Source: Schmidtea polychroa
Lineage: Eukaryota
Direction of reading: 5' to 3'
Assembly: GCA_044892525.1 (NCBI GenBank)
Contig: CM097888.1
Coordinates: forward strand, 19,158,226-19,222,000
Length of the DNA stretch: 63,775 nucleotides
Shown here in pieces: positions 46,842 through 61,298 of this stretch. How positions within the stretch are numbered: the first letter of the stretch is position 1; every line of letters begins with the position of its first letter. Below the pieces are notes generated by a model. The model was given only the letters and a program-made list of their open reading frames with translations. It did no database searches and was not told the DNA's origin. Made by a program: the position numbers and the translations under genes.

Positions 46842-47895
46842 TAGGAAATGCACGAATACCGTTAATTCTTAATACCGGTATTGGGTATTGATTTTTGTCA
46901 ATACCGGTATTATCGGTATAAACCGGTATTCAATAAAAAAAATAGAAATATGCATTTTTGTTATAATAACTATAATACTACCATTAAAGCTTACCTAACA
47001 ATTATTTCTATAGATTCAAAACATATGTCCTTAAAAGGATAACGTATCCAAAGTGGAGTCATTAAGCCTCAATATTTTGTCATCAGTATTTTCCCTTTTT
47101 AAGAATTAATGTTGTGAATAGTCTTTAAATGTGTATGTAAGCCAGATGTTGAGCCCCCAGCTGCTTTGATTTTCTTGTCACAATTAATTATTTGGCATTT
47201 GCCAGTGTCTTTAACGTGTTCAAAATATTGCCAAGGAGAATTTTTTTGACAGTTATTATTGCCTTCCATTGAAGGTTAATTTTGATTAGGGTTCTAAATT
47301 TTTCAATTATTATTTCATTAACCCTTTTATACGGAGTGTACAATATATTGTACACAGTTTTGTGTGCTGAATATCTGTTGTACCTTTTCGAAAATATAAT
47401 GTGAGAAGTACTTTTTAATAATTAAATTATATTTTTGCATAATTTGAGTCCCCTTACTAGGTTTGATGGTCTAGATAATTAATTCACCCACAGAATTAAT
47501 TCCCGAATGAAAGGGTTAATAATAATATAATAAAACGTATTTAATAATAAATGTTTATACTGACTTTTGTTGAAATTCAATCGAAAAATTGATAATATTA
47601 ATAATTGATAATAAATTGAAAAAGGCAATATCAATTTGATATGTAATGGCTTTCATTCAATTGCACAATGCACAGGTATTATTCCTTATTCGCATTATTT
47701 TACATGTGTTGTGTACAACTCATACACATGCTCATGCTCTGTCATTTGTGTTATACAGGCTTCTGTAATATTGTACCATGAAAAACCGCGCTTGTAACAT
47801 AATTTTGTCTTTCAAGATACCGGTAATACCGTGACCATTTTTTCTGCCCAATACCGGTATTACCTGTTACGGTATAATCAGTATTGCATTCCCTA
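46842..47895 (-). mobile_element. Non-autonomous hAT (Ac-like ends) retaining a BED zinc finger
   Basis: TAGGAAATGCA / TGCATTCCCTA; perfect 8-bp TSD GTTATTAC; SPWQYF...CQIINC...STSGLHTHLKTIH at ~47100-47272. Confidence 0.92.
47322..47515. mobile_element. piggyBac-type MITE nested in the hAT element
   Basis: TTAA|CCCTTT...AAAGGG|TTAA. Confidence 0.8.
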
Positions 47896-49412
47896 GTTAT
47901 TACATCTTAAGTAATTGCTACTTATCAATTTATGCCCAACTTAATTAATAACTATTTTCGTTAATCTTGTTCACATGCAACTGCTTTTTTGTTTATTAGT
48001 TATGATATCAAACAATTGGCAGCAATGAGTGATGATGTTCTTAACATATTGAGTTTTGTTTTGGGGTTCGATAGAAAACTCGTTTCAAATCTATCCAGTA
48101 CTGATAATGGTGTCCGTCCATCGACTCTAAATGTTAAAATTGTCACTCAAATGCTTTTCATCACTGATTCCTGTTTGAATATAATGTTACCAAAAGTTGA
48201 GAATTGTATATTAAAAATTCATGTTAATAATCACATATAGAAAGAAGATCAGGATACGGATGTTGAGCAGTTGAAACAAATATCTTTAAAGTTTGATCTA
48301 GCTCATTCTTTTGCATTGAATTTATACGGTCATGTATTCAATCAATGTCTTGTTCGTATTCGAGATGAATTACGCACATCTAATATAGACATATCGCTCT
48401 TATTTCATCGCAATGAAAATAATGAAGAAATTTCAGTTATTAATGAGGCATGCGATGAAATCGATTCTAATAAATCCACAGTTGCCATTTCAACTGACCA
48501 AAATATAGTTAAATCTCGTAAAAAGCGAGTAGGTCTGTCAAAAAGACTCGTTAGACAGCGACATGATACCGATGAAGCAAGCATCGAAGAAGATCTTAGT
48601 GAAGGTCATTATAAATTTGGTGAAATGGAAGATTAAAGATTAAGTATTTAGATGATCAAATTTTATCGGAAAATGACAACGTTTTATGGGATGATCAAAT
48701 TTCTGACAGTTCTGATAGTAACGTGGGTGATGAAGGAGGATTTGGATTTAGTGATGTTGAAGATGAAACAGATTTTGAATCAAATGAGGAAATTCATTCC
48801 CAAGACGAAGATGATCAAATAATACGAGCTATTGTAGGACATAACACTATATTTGGACGAAATCAAGTCTGTGAACATATTTATTCATCGTTTAACAATT
48901 CAATAAATTGTTTAGAGTATCAATGGAAAGGATCTGAAGAAGTCACGAGAAAAGGAATCAGCAAATAACACTCTTCTTAACAAAGGTTCATAATATTTTA
49001 TTTACAATAATAATCCACTTCATTAATTTATTACGATTTTAAAATTCACTCCAGGCTGTTTTTTATTTTAAATGTAAAATGGAACTTGTGAAATTATATA
49101 AATCTGCACATTATTGGAACTTAATTCGAACTTATACCATTTCTGAACTACTGAATATAAAATAATAACACAATGTTATATTTTGTATTACAATATTAGA
49201 GTACAAAAAATTAAATTCAATATTACTGTAATCCGCAACAACGTCGAATTCATGTTCAATATCCATAATTAATAAAATTACTAAATTTATTTTACTCACA
49301 AAACTGCGCTTTTTTATTATTTTAATTTTGATGCTGATTTCAATGCTGGTTTAATTTATTTTTATATTTTAAACTTACTTTAATTTATTAATTTAAATAT
49401 TTATATGAAAAT

Positions 49413-50924
49413 TTATGTAATCTGATAAATACAATTTAAATGTTTATTAGCAATATTCAATTTTAACTTAAACGTGAATTCTACCCCATAATAGTAATCG
49501 TAAAGCAGACATTTACTAGGTCTATAAAAACACAACAATATAGTGTAATTTGATTTAAGATAATCCGTTATTCTTTTCTGGACCGACTTTGAATTGAAAA
49601 TTTTTCTTTCAAAAAATATTTTAATGAGGTCTAAAGAATCAACAATGCGTAAACTCAAAGCATCATTAACAATTAAATATCGTTCAATATTCTGTAGAAA
49701 TACTCGAATTTCTTGTTCATTCACTACTTTATCTTCCTCCCGTTCCAAATCATTACAATATCCAACCTCTTCGGTAATTTCATCATCATTTAATGTTCCG
49801 TGGCACAATAAATCATTATCTATATCAAAGAAATCAACAAGTTGACGATTAATTTCCTCAGATTGTGGAATCTCATTCTCATTTGCCACATCACCAATAT
49901 TGTTTACTACAATTCCAGCTTTATCAAAACAACTTCTAGATATATTCACGGGTAATGATTTCCTCTCCCTTTTCAATGGAATCAATTAGTTTGCACATCA
50001 CGGATTTCATATAAAAAATTTTTAAGTTCCTTATTATCCCTTGGTCCATTGGTTGTAGAATACTCGTTATATTTGGCGGTAGGTAGACTAATTTGTTTAG
50101 TTTATTGGGAATATCAAGATGAGCGGAACAATTATCTGCAAGTAATAGAGTTTTCCTGTTCTTACTAACCAGCTCAAAATCCCAAGAACACCATTCCAGA
50201 TTTCCGATGTCATATAAGATTTCTTATTGCTAAAATAGTTAATTAGTAAACTGTACATATTTTTGAAACATCTTGGATTTTTAGGTTTTGGAATCATCAC
50301 AAGTTCTTTCTTTTCACCTAGTGCATTGGCGCATACAAAAATTGTCAGTATCTCTTTCGATAATTTTGTCCCGAAAGACTTCTCTCCCTTAAACTTTAAT
50401 GTGTTATTTGGCAACATTTTATAAAAGTCCCGTTTCATCTCTGTTAAAATTGTTCTTTGCTTGATAGCCTGCACTACACATTGGCCACGTATTTTTCAAC
50501 CAATTACTAGCAGAAGTTGTATCGACATGTTCAGATTCACCAGAAATTACACTAAGGCCTATGTTATAACGTGACCGAAATCTTTGAACCCAGCTGAGAT
50601 TACACCTGAAATCATGATGCCCATTGCAACTGCCATATTATGAGCTTGCATTGATAATAGTTCTGATGATATTGGAATACTTTGATTTCTCTTCTCATTG
50701 AACCAAATAAATAATGCATCTTCTACGTTCTTATAGCACGAGTATCGTATTTTCTATCTTTTGTTGTCTTTAGCTTGTTAGATGATTTTTGATTTCTTCT
50801 TCATTATTGACGTAACTGTACTGGAGCTGATGCCATATTTTCTTGCTACTTCACTTGTTTTGTTATTTTCAACCTCGTGAATGATATTTAGTTTTTTTTC
50901 AATACTAATACTTTTGCTTTTCAT
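49413..50924 (-). mobile_element. Degenerate Tigger/pogo (CENP-B HTH) transposase
   Basis: MKSKSISIEKKLNIIHEVE..., EDALFIWF, GTKLSKEILTIFVCANALGEK, KNPRCFK, SCFDKAGI. Confidence 0.88.
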
Positions 50925-53333
50925 TTATGGGTGATTTTGAAAAAATTATAAACGATTTTTACATGGTTTTTATTTTCTTTTTATTATAACCAATTATCAC
51001 TGTAATTCAAAGTGTTATTATAACTTAGAATCAATTATAAAAGCTTTTTTCAATTTTCACCTGATATTTTTTAATAAATATTTATAAACATAATTTATAA
51101 AGATAATCTTTTCAGTGATTTTTAGTGAAACTCTTATTCATGAATCAAGTGAAAGTATCAAACCACCAAAACGCCGTTCAGCTACATCACAGTTTGTATT
51201 TTATTCTTTTATAATTTATTCAATCATATTTAAGGGGAATTTTTAATCAGTTCAATAACGTTAATCCATCTGCGGAGGCGTTGGTTACTTGTATATTTAA
51301 TGTTGATTTGCTTCAATCAACATCTGTCATTATTTCTGCTTTCAATCGTTTGATAAATGATAAATTGGAGAGTTTTTGCCGAGTTTGGCAATACGCACCC
51401 TACCTTTGGAAGCATTTTGCAGTAATGCTAAACTTTTGTGAGAACATTCTCGATGAATTAGAGCAAAGTCTGTTGAAAATCTGATTAACTTATAGTAATG
51501 TTTATGGCATTTGTTAGATGACATCACTGGTATAAAATGTAATCATGCGAACGTGAAAATTCGCTTGCTGCCACCTTGTTATCTACCAGAAGATGCTGAA
51601 TTGAATCTTTTGTCTGCGGAAGACATTGATCAAAGCATTGTGCATTGTGAAAATTCGCTTCATCAAGTCGTTACTAGAGCATTACGAATAATTCAATGTG
51701 CTGAATCTATTGCTTCAATATCTCAGGGACCGATTGCTTTACAGAAAATTAATTCCAGCAATCTATGGCTGTTCTCTTATTCTCATAATTCTCCAAGGAC
51801 GAATCTAGTTTTTAAATCCTGGACGCAAATATTCTCAAATTCTGATAGCCATTTACAAGTAAATATTTTATTATTAGAAATTGATTATCAATTTTAATTA
51901 ATAATAATAATTTAATAGATCAATTGTAGAAAAGATAAAAACTTTGCTATTTCCTCTGCAATTATTTTTATTGTTCAATAACAGAAATTCTCAATTTTTA
52001 AAGAATTTTATCAAATATATTATTTAGGGAAATCCAATTTCCGTAGCAATAAGCACAATAAACAATTCTATCACCTCATCATCAACTGCAACCGGATCTA
52101 CAGTAGACAAAGAAAAGGTTATGCGCGAAATGGCAAGATTACGGCTGAAAAATGAGTTGTCCAGTTCTGCAGAATCAGATGACAATAGAGATTTAGAAAC
52201 TAACACTCGTAAGAAAGGATCAAGAAGCCCATCCAGTGATGCAATTCGTGCCGTTTATTTAATCCCGGATGTTGACTATATATGTAGTCGACTTGATGCT
52301 ATTAAAAGCCTGATTAGATGTCAAAGATATATATTTGTAATTCCTCAAGCTGGTGAGCTTTTCATTGGTATTCTATCAGAATTTGAAATTTTTTTTAGTT
52401 ATTCAACGTTTGGATCGAATTAAAAGTCATGATCACGGTGCAAGGCAAGCAATTAAGTATTTTGAAGGAGAAATGGAGTTAAATAACGAGTAATTAAGAA
52501 TTTATATATCACATTATATTTCATTTTATTATACTTTTATCTCATTGGTCTATTTTAAAAATATTTCGCTGTATACAACAATCATAAATTAATTTTTATA
52601 TTTGTTAATGTGTGCAAGTAAAAATTTAAATATACAGAAATTGAGTGCAAACTAATTAAAATTTTAAAAAATCAATATTTTTAAAAGTAAGTGGAAGTAG
52701 GTCATAAAAAGTGCAATACGTCGATTGCGGGTTAAGGTGTAGTTCACATACCGATCTGAATGATATAATAATTACATAAGAACTCAAAATTAATTTCAAG
52801 GTTACATACGAATTTAAATGTCACGTTCTCAAAATAGCCAAAAATATTGATTGATTACACTTTCTTAGTTCCTAGGAGAACCAAGAATTTTTTTTAGATT
52901 TTCATTAAAGAATCCTCTTAATTGAATCAAGACGCAACTTTTTCTTTAAGGATGTCTCGACTAAATATACCTGGTTCCCAATGTTCCCAAAAATATTCCT
53001 TAAAAACGTGAAATTTATATCGAAAAGAAATCTTTTCGTTGATTTTCATATAAAATAATATGCGTCGACAAATAACACATCTTTTTCGTGGAACATGCCT
53101 GGGTGAAATCTTAAAATCTTAGAAAAGCACTTCTGACTTTAGTCAGAAATTGCACTTTTTAGTCATCATTTGCACTTTGCACTTTTTTCACATAAAATTC
53201 AATAATAACACTTAATCAATAAACACAAAATATTGTATGCGCGATAACTCATTAATAAAAATGGCGGAGGGTGGGCGCGATAACTCATACTGATTCATGG
53301 GGCTCACATCTTCCTATGATAATATGAATTTTA

Positions 53334-53480
<147 letters not shown>

Positions 53481-55023
53481 TTACGGCTTCGTACGTTTCT
53501 CGTGGCGAAAGGGTTAAAAATTATAAACATGAAAATAATAATAAGTTAAAACGATTTAATTTTAATATTCAATAGCTTTTAGTAATTTTATTCAATTTCT
53601 AGGCATATTAAGATCGAATCTGCTGCAACATTGAATAATCAAGATCTGACATGTGAGCATATTTTAGATTGGCCAGCAATAGAAACAAGTGCAACGAGAT
53701 TGGTTGAAGAATCTTTTCTAAAATCAGCTCTTACGCACGCAGTTGTTGTTACAATTCTTACAAATTCAGCAGCTAAGCTCTCCAGTCAATTTATGAATCA
53801 CTATTCTACCAAGCGAAGTATTTTTTTTTAATGTCTATAAAGCTTTTGATTTTTTTTTAAATTTTAGTTAATTTCCAGTCGACAATTGATCTCTGAGCAT
53901 ATCAAACGAAATTGGCTAGTATTTTCTCAGATATTCTTCAATTTATAAAGTTTCTTTTTATTTGTAAAATATATGAAGAATTTGAATGCAACTAAAGCTT
54001 ACTCTCTTTTTTGTTTCTTTTAAAGGTTAACATTCGTATAAAGTTAGTTATTATTTCAATTGTAAAGAAACATTCTAAAAATGTATGTTAAATAGAAAAC
54101 ATTGATTTATAGTTAAAACGAATTGAAGATAAATGATAATTTTACTTTAAACCAATCACAAAGTTACCTCAATAAAAATCAATTATTCAATTGGATTTGA
54201 GGGTCGATTTGATCTGGTCTTTGGGGTTCGCGATATGTTCATAGCACGCTCATTTTCATATAATGCCTTTTTGGCTGGTACACCAAACAACACTGAGAAC
54301 CGTTTCCTATAATATAACAAAAAAATCAATAATTTTACATTATAGAAACATACATACTTACTTTGATTTCGCGTTGATTTTCTCATTTATAGCTCAATGA
54401 GATACATCTTATACTATAGAAATCTGGAAAGTGGAAGAAAAATTAAAAACTGCACACAAGAGTATCACATACAAACTTTTGATTCGTAGAAATATAACGA
54501 TGAGATACGTTTCTATAATAACTTTATTTTAGGCAATTTTTAGAAAAAAAAGATGGCTGAAAATTTTTTAAATTATATTTTTAATGAAAATATCAAGAAC
54601 AGATGAATTTGGTTCAATGTCTTTTCAATCCAGATTTGATTTTCTGAAAGAATCTCCTCAAATTGAGCTCAGAAAAAAAATTTTAAAAAATTATTTTAAT
54701 CAGCGATTTTTCCCAAAATGTTTTAAAACATACATATTTTTGGTGATTTATTTATTAATTAATTATAATTAAAAATATGTCGGACTCATATTTTTTCGAA
54801 ATAATTCCAAGATAAATGTCATAAAATTCCTAAAAAAATCCTGAAAATTAATTAAAAATAATTTATAATTATACTGTTGATTAAAAGTAATATTTAGAGA
54901 ACTTGAATAATGATATCATATCTCATATGGATCAGAATTCAAGTCTTAAAATTTACTTTAAATAAAAAAAGTTACTTGAAAGCCATTTGTAAAATGGCTA
55001 AAATAAATTTCAATTTCATGATA

Positions 55024-57501
55024 CACCTAACCGCGAAATATAACATTATCTATAATCTTAAAAAAAATCAATAAATATATATTATAGGAACACACAAACT
55101 TACCTGTGTGTAGAAATTTAATGCCGCGAAATTTAACATATTTATTATAGGAATCTAAAAAGTGAGAGAAAATAATTAAGCATACAAACACAGCACACAT
55201 AATGAAAAATACATACAAAATTAAGTAAAGTGTTTTTCATGCGAAATTCAGATTGATTAACATATAATTAACATATCAATATTTTTAAATTATTTAAAAA
55301 ATTATGTACAAAAAAACTTTTGAATCAGATTCCGACTGCTCTACGTTGAGCTTTAGGGAAAAAAAGAAGATACATCGTAAGATTTAATTATAAAATAATT
55401 TGGAATATAAAATTTCTTTAGATTTACAGATATTTCACAGGACACAGTGGCTTTTTGCGAAGTTGAAGATCTGACAATGTAAGATTTATTCATTAAAATA
55501 TAAAATATTAAAATATTTTACAGTATAACAGATATTTCTTTGCGTGAAGGTACCATTTCAAATATTGAAGAAGGTCCTTCGACAACTTCGAATTTGCAGA
55601 AAAAAAATCTCAAATCGTAAATTTTAATAAATTATTTTAACAAATTAATATTTTCAAAGAATTACAGAAATAGACAAAATTCGGCTTATTAATGCATTTG
55701 AAAATGGGGACAATTATAAAGAATTTGGAAGATTGCTCGGAATCCCCAAAAATTCAATTATTTCAATAATTTACAAATATAAGAAATATGCCGAAATTAC
55801 AAAAGGAAAAAGAAGTGGCAGAAAACAAATTATTTCAGAAGAACAGGGAAATAATTTGTTGGATTTTGTCGTCAAAGAAAGCCATCGAAAATAAGCTGCA
55901 GAAAGAAGATTATAAAAATTTAAAAAACTATTTCGTTCATGTACGCCGATTTTTCCCTAAATGTATTAAAAAAATTAATGTGTATGATGATTACTTTATT
56001 TATTTATAAATATAAAAATATTTAACTTACATTTTAGCGAAATAATTCCATATTAATGCATAAAATATCATAAATTTCCTAAAAAAACACCTGAAATTTA
56101 ATTATTAATATATTTATAAATTATAAATTATAAATGATGACTAACAGTAATATTTAAGAACTTGAATAATGATCTCATAATTATATAAAATCAAAATTCA
56201 AGTCCTAAAAATTACTTCAATTCAAAAACTTACCTTAAAATGATTTTTGAAAAATAGAATAAATGAAATTAAGTTAACATTGTCATATAATTGGTGACTC
56301 ACCTCAGGTGGTGTGCACACCAACGTATATTATACACCCGTTTCCACAATATAAGAGTTTCTATAATCTAAAAAAAAATCGATAAAATTATATTATAGCA
56401 ACACACAAACTTACCTGTGTGCAAAAATTTAATGTCCTGAATGTAGAAAGTTTTATTATAGGAATTGAGAAAGTGACAGAAAAATAATTTTACATACAAA
56501 CACAGGACACATAATATAAAATACACGCAAATTTAATATAGCTTTTTTTGTTCCGAAAGTAGAGAGTCATTAACATACTGTTAACATATCATTAATTTAA
56601 AATTATTAAAATTCATGGCTGAAAAAAATTTGGATTTTGAATCTGACAACTCAACTTTGAGTTTTTGAGAAATGGACGACAAAACATCGTAAGATCTATT
56701 TATAAAATATTTTTGAAGTTAATATTTCTTTAGATTTTCAGATATTTCTTTGGAGACATTTCCATTTTGCGAAGGTGAAGATCTGACAATGTAAGAATTT
56801 TTTTATTTAATTACAAATAATTAAAATATTTTACAGCATATCAGATATTTCTAGTCAAACGCCTTTGTGTGAAGATATTCAACAAGTTCCATCGACATTT
56901 TTGGAATTGAAGAAAAAAATTCGAAAATCGTAAATTTTAATAACTAAAAAAAAATAATATTTTCAAAGAATTTCAGAAAATGACAAAATCCGTCTCATCA
57001 ATCCATATGAAAATGGAGAAAATTATAAAGATTTTGGAAGATTACTGGGAATCTCCAAAAAATCGATTGGAACTATTATTTCTTAAAAAAATAAATGTTT
57101 TTGGTGATTATTTTATTTCTTTTTAGTTAAAAATATATATAACTTACATTTTATTGAAATAATTCCAAATTCATAACATATCATAAAATACCTAAAAAAG
57201 CACCTGAAATTTAATTATCAATATATTATAAATATATTATAAATGCTGATTACAAGTAATATTTAAGAGCTTGAATAATGATCTCATAATTATATGAAAT
57301 CAAAATTCAAGCCTTAAAATATACTTAAATTTAAAAAACTTACTTCTAAAACCATAAATAAAATTGAATTGAGAATGAAAAAATGAAATAAACATTCTCA
57401 TAAATGGTGAGTCATCGATAGATGAACACACCAACATGTATTATAAAGACTTTTAACATGTGGAAACGGGTGTAGACAATGTTAACTTTCGCGGTTAGGT
57501 G
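55024..57501 (+). mobile_element. Middle TA-CACC element with an intron-split HTH transposase N-terminus
   Basis: TA|CACCTAACCGCGAAA...TTTCGCGGTTAGGTG|TA; HTH RITEIDKIRLINAFENGDNYKEFGRLLGIPKNSIISIIYKY at ~55660-55880. Confidence 0.8.
56335..57472 (+). mobile_element. Inner TA-CACC element
   Basis: TA|CACCCGTTTCCACA...TGTGGAAACGGGTG|TA; interior homologous to the middle element. Confidence 0.8.
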
Positions 57502-57589
57502 TAAATGAATAAATGAGTAAATCGGTGAGAGAAATTTTTCTACACGCCAACCACCACTATAGAGAACGTATCTCAGTGGTGTTTGGTGT

Positions 57590-58160
57590 ATTTACTTCAT
57601 TTCATTTATTCAATTTTACAAGTAAGTTTTTTAATTTAAGTAACTTTTAAGGTTTGAATTTTGATTTTATAAAATTATGAGATCATTATTCAAGCTCTTA
57701 AATGTTACTTGTAGTCAAAATTTTTATTATAAATTATTTTTAATTAATTTTCTTTTATGACTAAGAATTTATTTGGAATTATTTTGATAAAATGTAAGTT
57801 AGATTAATATTTTAAACTATAAATAAATGAAGAAATCATCAAACCCATTTATTTTTTGAAGACATTTAAGAAAGAAGCGGCGTAGTTTTTTAAGATTTTG
57901 TAATGTTCTTTTTCTACAGCTCATTTATATGGCGAATTTTGTCATTTTATGTAATTCTATGAAGTTATTATTTTTTTAATACAAGTTATTAGAATTTACG
58001 ATTTTCGATTTTTTTCTGCAAATGTTGATGGACCTTGTTGAATATTAGAAATGCTACCTTCACACAATGTCGTTTGACAAGAAATATCTGATATACTGTC
58101 AACTATTTTAATTATTTGTAATTAAATGAACAAATTCTTACATTGTCATTTCTTCACCTT
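57590..58160 (-). repeat. Inverted fourth copy of the same transposon interior
   Basis: Reverse complement of the exon/intron block seen at 55400-56200 and 56740-57350. Confidence 0.7.
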
Positions 58161-58164
58161 CTCA

Positions 58165-58600
58165 AAAAGCTAGCGTTCTTACTCTGACTCCAAGCGTGCT
58201 TTTAACTGACCCACAAATAACAATCGACAACAGGAACCTTTATCGATAATCACAAATAATTTTCACTACACAAAAACACAATTAGTTCAACAATCTGGCC
58301 GACGATTATAAAGTGACGAGTAGCACTCACATATAATACTGGGTTTGACGGATCACTAGCTACCGATCGGTTCTAACAACGGGGAATTTGAGCTGGTTGT
58401 TTTCTTGCTATAATTTGGATTCTACTCGCTAAACATCTCCTTTAGCACTCTCTGACCAATAATTAACTTTAATTTTTCCTTTAATTTAATTTAACAACTT
58501 TCTTAAATTATCTCAATAATTTCTTTTCTGGCGATTTTCTCAGACAATTGTTCTCCGATAGTTATTCTCTTAACAATTCGTTTCTCCAATTTCCGCTACA
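58165..58600 (-). repeat. Diverged LTR relic related to the large Gypsy family
   Basis: Minus strand CACGCTTGGAGTCAGAGTAAGAAC matches the U5 motif CACGTGGAGTCAGAGTAACCAAC (9525) and CACTAGGAGTCAGAGAGAAC (35804). Confidence 0.5.
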
Positions 58601-59446
58601 ATTTTCTCTTACTCTCCTGTCACTGTATATAGCTCATCATTTTGTGGTACTTGTGTACTGTTTTTTACCAATCTGCCTTTTGAATGCATAAATTTGCTTC
58701 CCACTATGTCTGACAGCTGTCTAGATAATTTTTTAATTTCTGTTTTTCGTTTATCCGTCTTTTTATTTGAATCCGCTATCTCTGATAGGCTGTCAAGATA
58801 TGTATTTTCCGTTTTTGTTTTTTGGAATTTGAAATTCATTTTCCCCTTTTTGTACTTCTTAATTACAGATGACCTTTGTTTTAATTTCTTGTTCGCATCC
58901 TTTTGTTTGATTGCTTTTTCTCCTTTCTTATTTCGTTTTCTTCCGTTTTCTTCTTCGAGTTCCCATTGATCGTCTCGTTTATCATGACGATGTTCCCACA
59001 GGTAATTTTATTTATTTTTTAATATATATTATTTAGGTATCCTCAACAATATTGTCCGCCTCTCCGGTAAATTATAAACTTCGAGCAAATATTAATTTAA
59101 TAGTTAGTCGTAACACCGCATATGGTTGTTATGATCTTGTTTAATTTCGTGCTTCCTTCTGTACTTGTTACAGCTCGGCTGAGCCTGGATTTCATTATTG
59201 AGTTGTCAAAACTTCAGCTTAATCTGTTTTGCTTATGTAGCTCGTTTGCGCTTTCAAAGGCAAACTATATCTATTATAAGTGATCCAAGTTAATTTTAAG
59301 CTTGATGAGCTGCGTTTATTTATTTCGCATGAATAACATTCTTGTTTTTTGGTGTCTTTACTCGGTTCGGATATCTATATAGTTATTTAATAAATGAATC
59401 AGTGGTGAAATTAATACATATTAAAAAATGAAGGCGTAAATTCATT

Positions 59447-59720
59447 TTAAAGTATTTTTTTTAATTTGTCTGAGCTTGTTTGCTTAAATAGTTTTCTTTT
59501 TTCTTTTAAAATTTCCGTGTAGGGTGATAAAGTGTTCAATACCTCTCGTTTTATAACGCAGCATCTTTCAAAATTGTGATAATTTTTACTAAAATCTTCT
59601 AAGGTATTTTGAATTATCCTTAGATTATATTCCAAATATTTTTCGTTAAAATTTTTTCTGCTATATCTTCTGTTTCTAGCGTAATGTCCGCAATTTATAG
59701 CTGAATTTTTGATAAAAAAT
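59447..59720 (-). mobile_element. Tigger-like transposase C-terminal relic
   Basis: NFERCCVIKREVLNTLSPYTEILKEKRKLFKQTS resembles Tigger C-termini. Confidence 0.45.
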
Positions 59721-59843
59721 AATCAGATTTTCAATGAAAATACCATGGTCATCACTTTCAATTAGTTCTTGGAGTTTTCCTATTCAACTTTCTCAAATCA
59801 AATATCATTTGCTATTTTCGTTATGGCTCCGCAGTTACTAATC

Positions 59844-59990
59844 TTAGCTTTCGCGAGCATGATACGAGATCCAGACGCTCCACACATGTAGACATGGGAG
59901 TGTTATGGCATTCCTTCTCTGACCACAATGTACACAAGATATTGCAATGTTAACTGCCCCACTGGCTTGTGGTGCGTCGCAGGTAATCCA
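59844..59990 (-). pseudogene. Degenerate RING finger fragment
   Basis: CVHCGQRRNAITLPCLH; the second half is frameshifted. Confidence 0.3.
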
Positions 59991-60989
59991 CATTTTAACT
60001 TTTCGCGTCGTTTCCGATGCAACCCAAGTCTTATGGCATTCCATGATACATTTTGTAGTAGATTGTTATATTTTTATTGTTTTTATTATTTATAACAAAA
60101 CCCCAATTAACTTTTTTTTTATGACAGCGTTCGTTCTCGAAATGTCGAGGACACGAAATGATAAAAAAACTATATAACGATAATTTACTATAGTAATCCA
60201 CATCGCTATAGAAAAATAAAAATAAATTAAAAAACCAATGAAACACTAGAAACGAAATTTTAAATTAAGGATATAAAACAATAAAATTCTATCTATTCAA
60301 CACTATCCGAAAATCTATTATTTAACCAGATTATTGTCCCAAATTCTATCTCTATTTTGCTGGACACATGAAGAAAGAATAATTCCAATTCAAACTATAT
60401 TAAATTTCCAAGTGGCGAGAAATAAACAATAAATGTCAACAGACTCAACATTTATTAAAAATTTCCTATATAAAGAGATTATTGTCCTGAATTCTATCCC
60501 TATTTTACTAAACAGAAGACGAAAGGATAATCCCAATCCGAACTATACAAAGTTTCAAAGGGGTTCGTAATAATAAGCAATAAAATTCTACCTATTCGAC
60601 ATTGTCTAAAAAATCCTTTAATTATAATCTCAATCTAAGCTAGACGAAAATAATAATAATACGCATATTAATCACTGAAAATCCCTAAGGCTAATTAAGT
60701 TCGTTGAATTTTTTGTTCATTAATAAAAGTTGCAAAATTGAATTTATTATTCGTATTTTGTTAATTTGTTAATCTGTAAATATCAACAAGCGCATTACCT
60801 CTAACGACACACATTCACCGCAGCTGTCCCGAGATAGTTTTTTATAGGAGACTCGGCTGGGCTCTACAGTATTTCTTTTTTATACACATAATTATACAAT
60901 ACATAAGTACTTAAATATAAATACGTAAATATACGTCTTCAAACCCCACAACATATTTGTTTTCTCCACCATCTGACATTTTACCTCGT

Positions 60990-61298
60990 CGTGCTGTTTT
61001 CAGCGTAACCCAGAATATGATTTCTGAATGTCCATATAATATATCAATCTGTTTGCCATCATCTAAACTCCATGCAATTATAGTATCATCCATCCCACCA
61101 GTGAATGCAACTCTCGATTTATTATCACAAAACTATTGACAAAACAACATTCGAACGTCTACTCAAAACAAATTTTGCATCATCTTTTAATGGAATAACT
61201 TCTTCAAATTCGCCCTCATCAAGATCTCTTTCAGAAGCTTTAATTACTTCATCATATTCACTATCATTAGCATTTTCAAAATCCATACCATTTTCCAT
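60990..61298 (-). pseudogene. AAMP/SQT1-like WD40 N-terminal fragment
   Basis: Acidic N-terminus, DDAKFVL, then (fs) AFTGGMDDTIIAWSLDDGKQIDILYGHSE; similarity is lost after one WD repeat. Confidence 0.6.

Larger units (their letters stand above)
54281..57588 (+). mobile_element. Outer TA-CACC element (Tc1/IS630-like, non-autonomous)
   Basis: TA|CACCAAACAACACTGAGA...TCTCAGTGGTGTTTGGTG|TA. Confidence 0.75.

Noticed and set aside
58609-58969. Lys-rich and Phe-rich overlapping ORFs
   Set aside because: Low complexity; no domain
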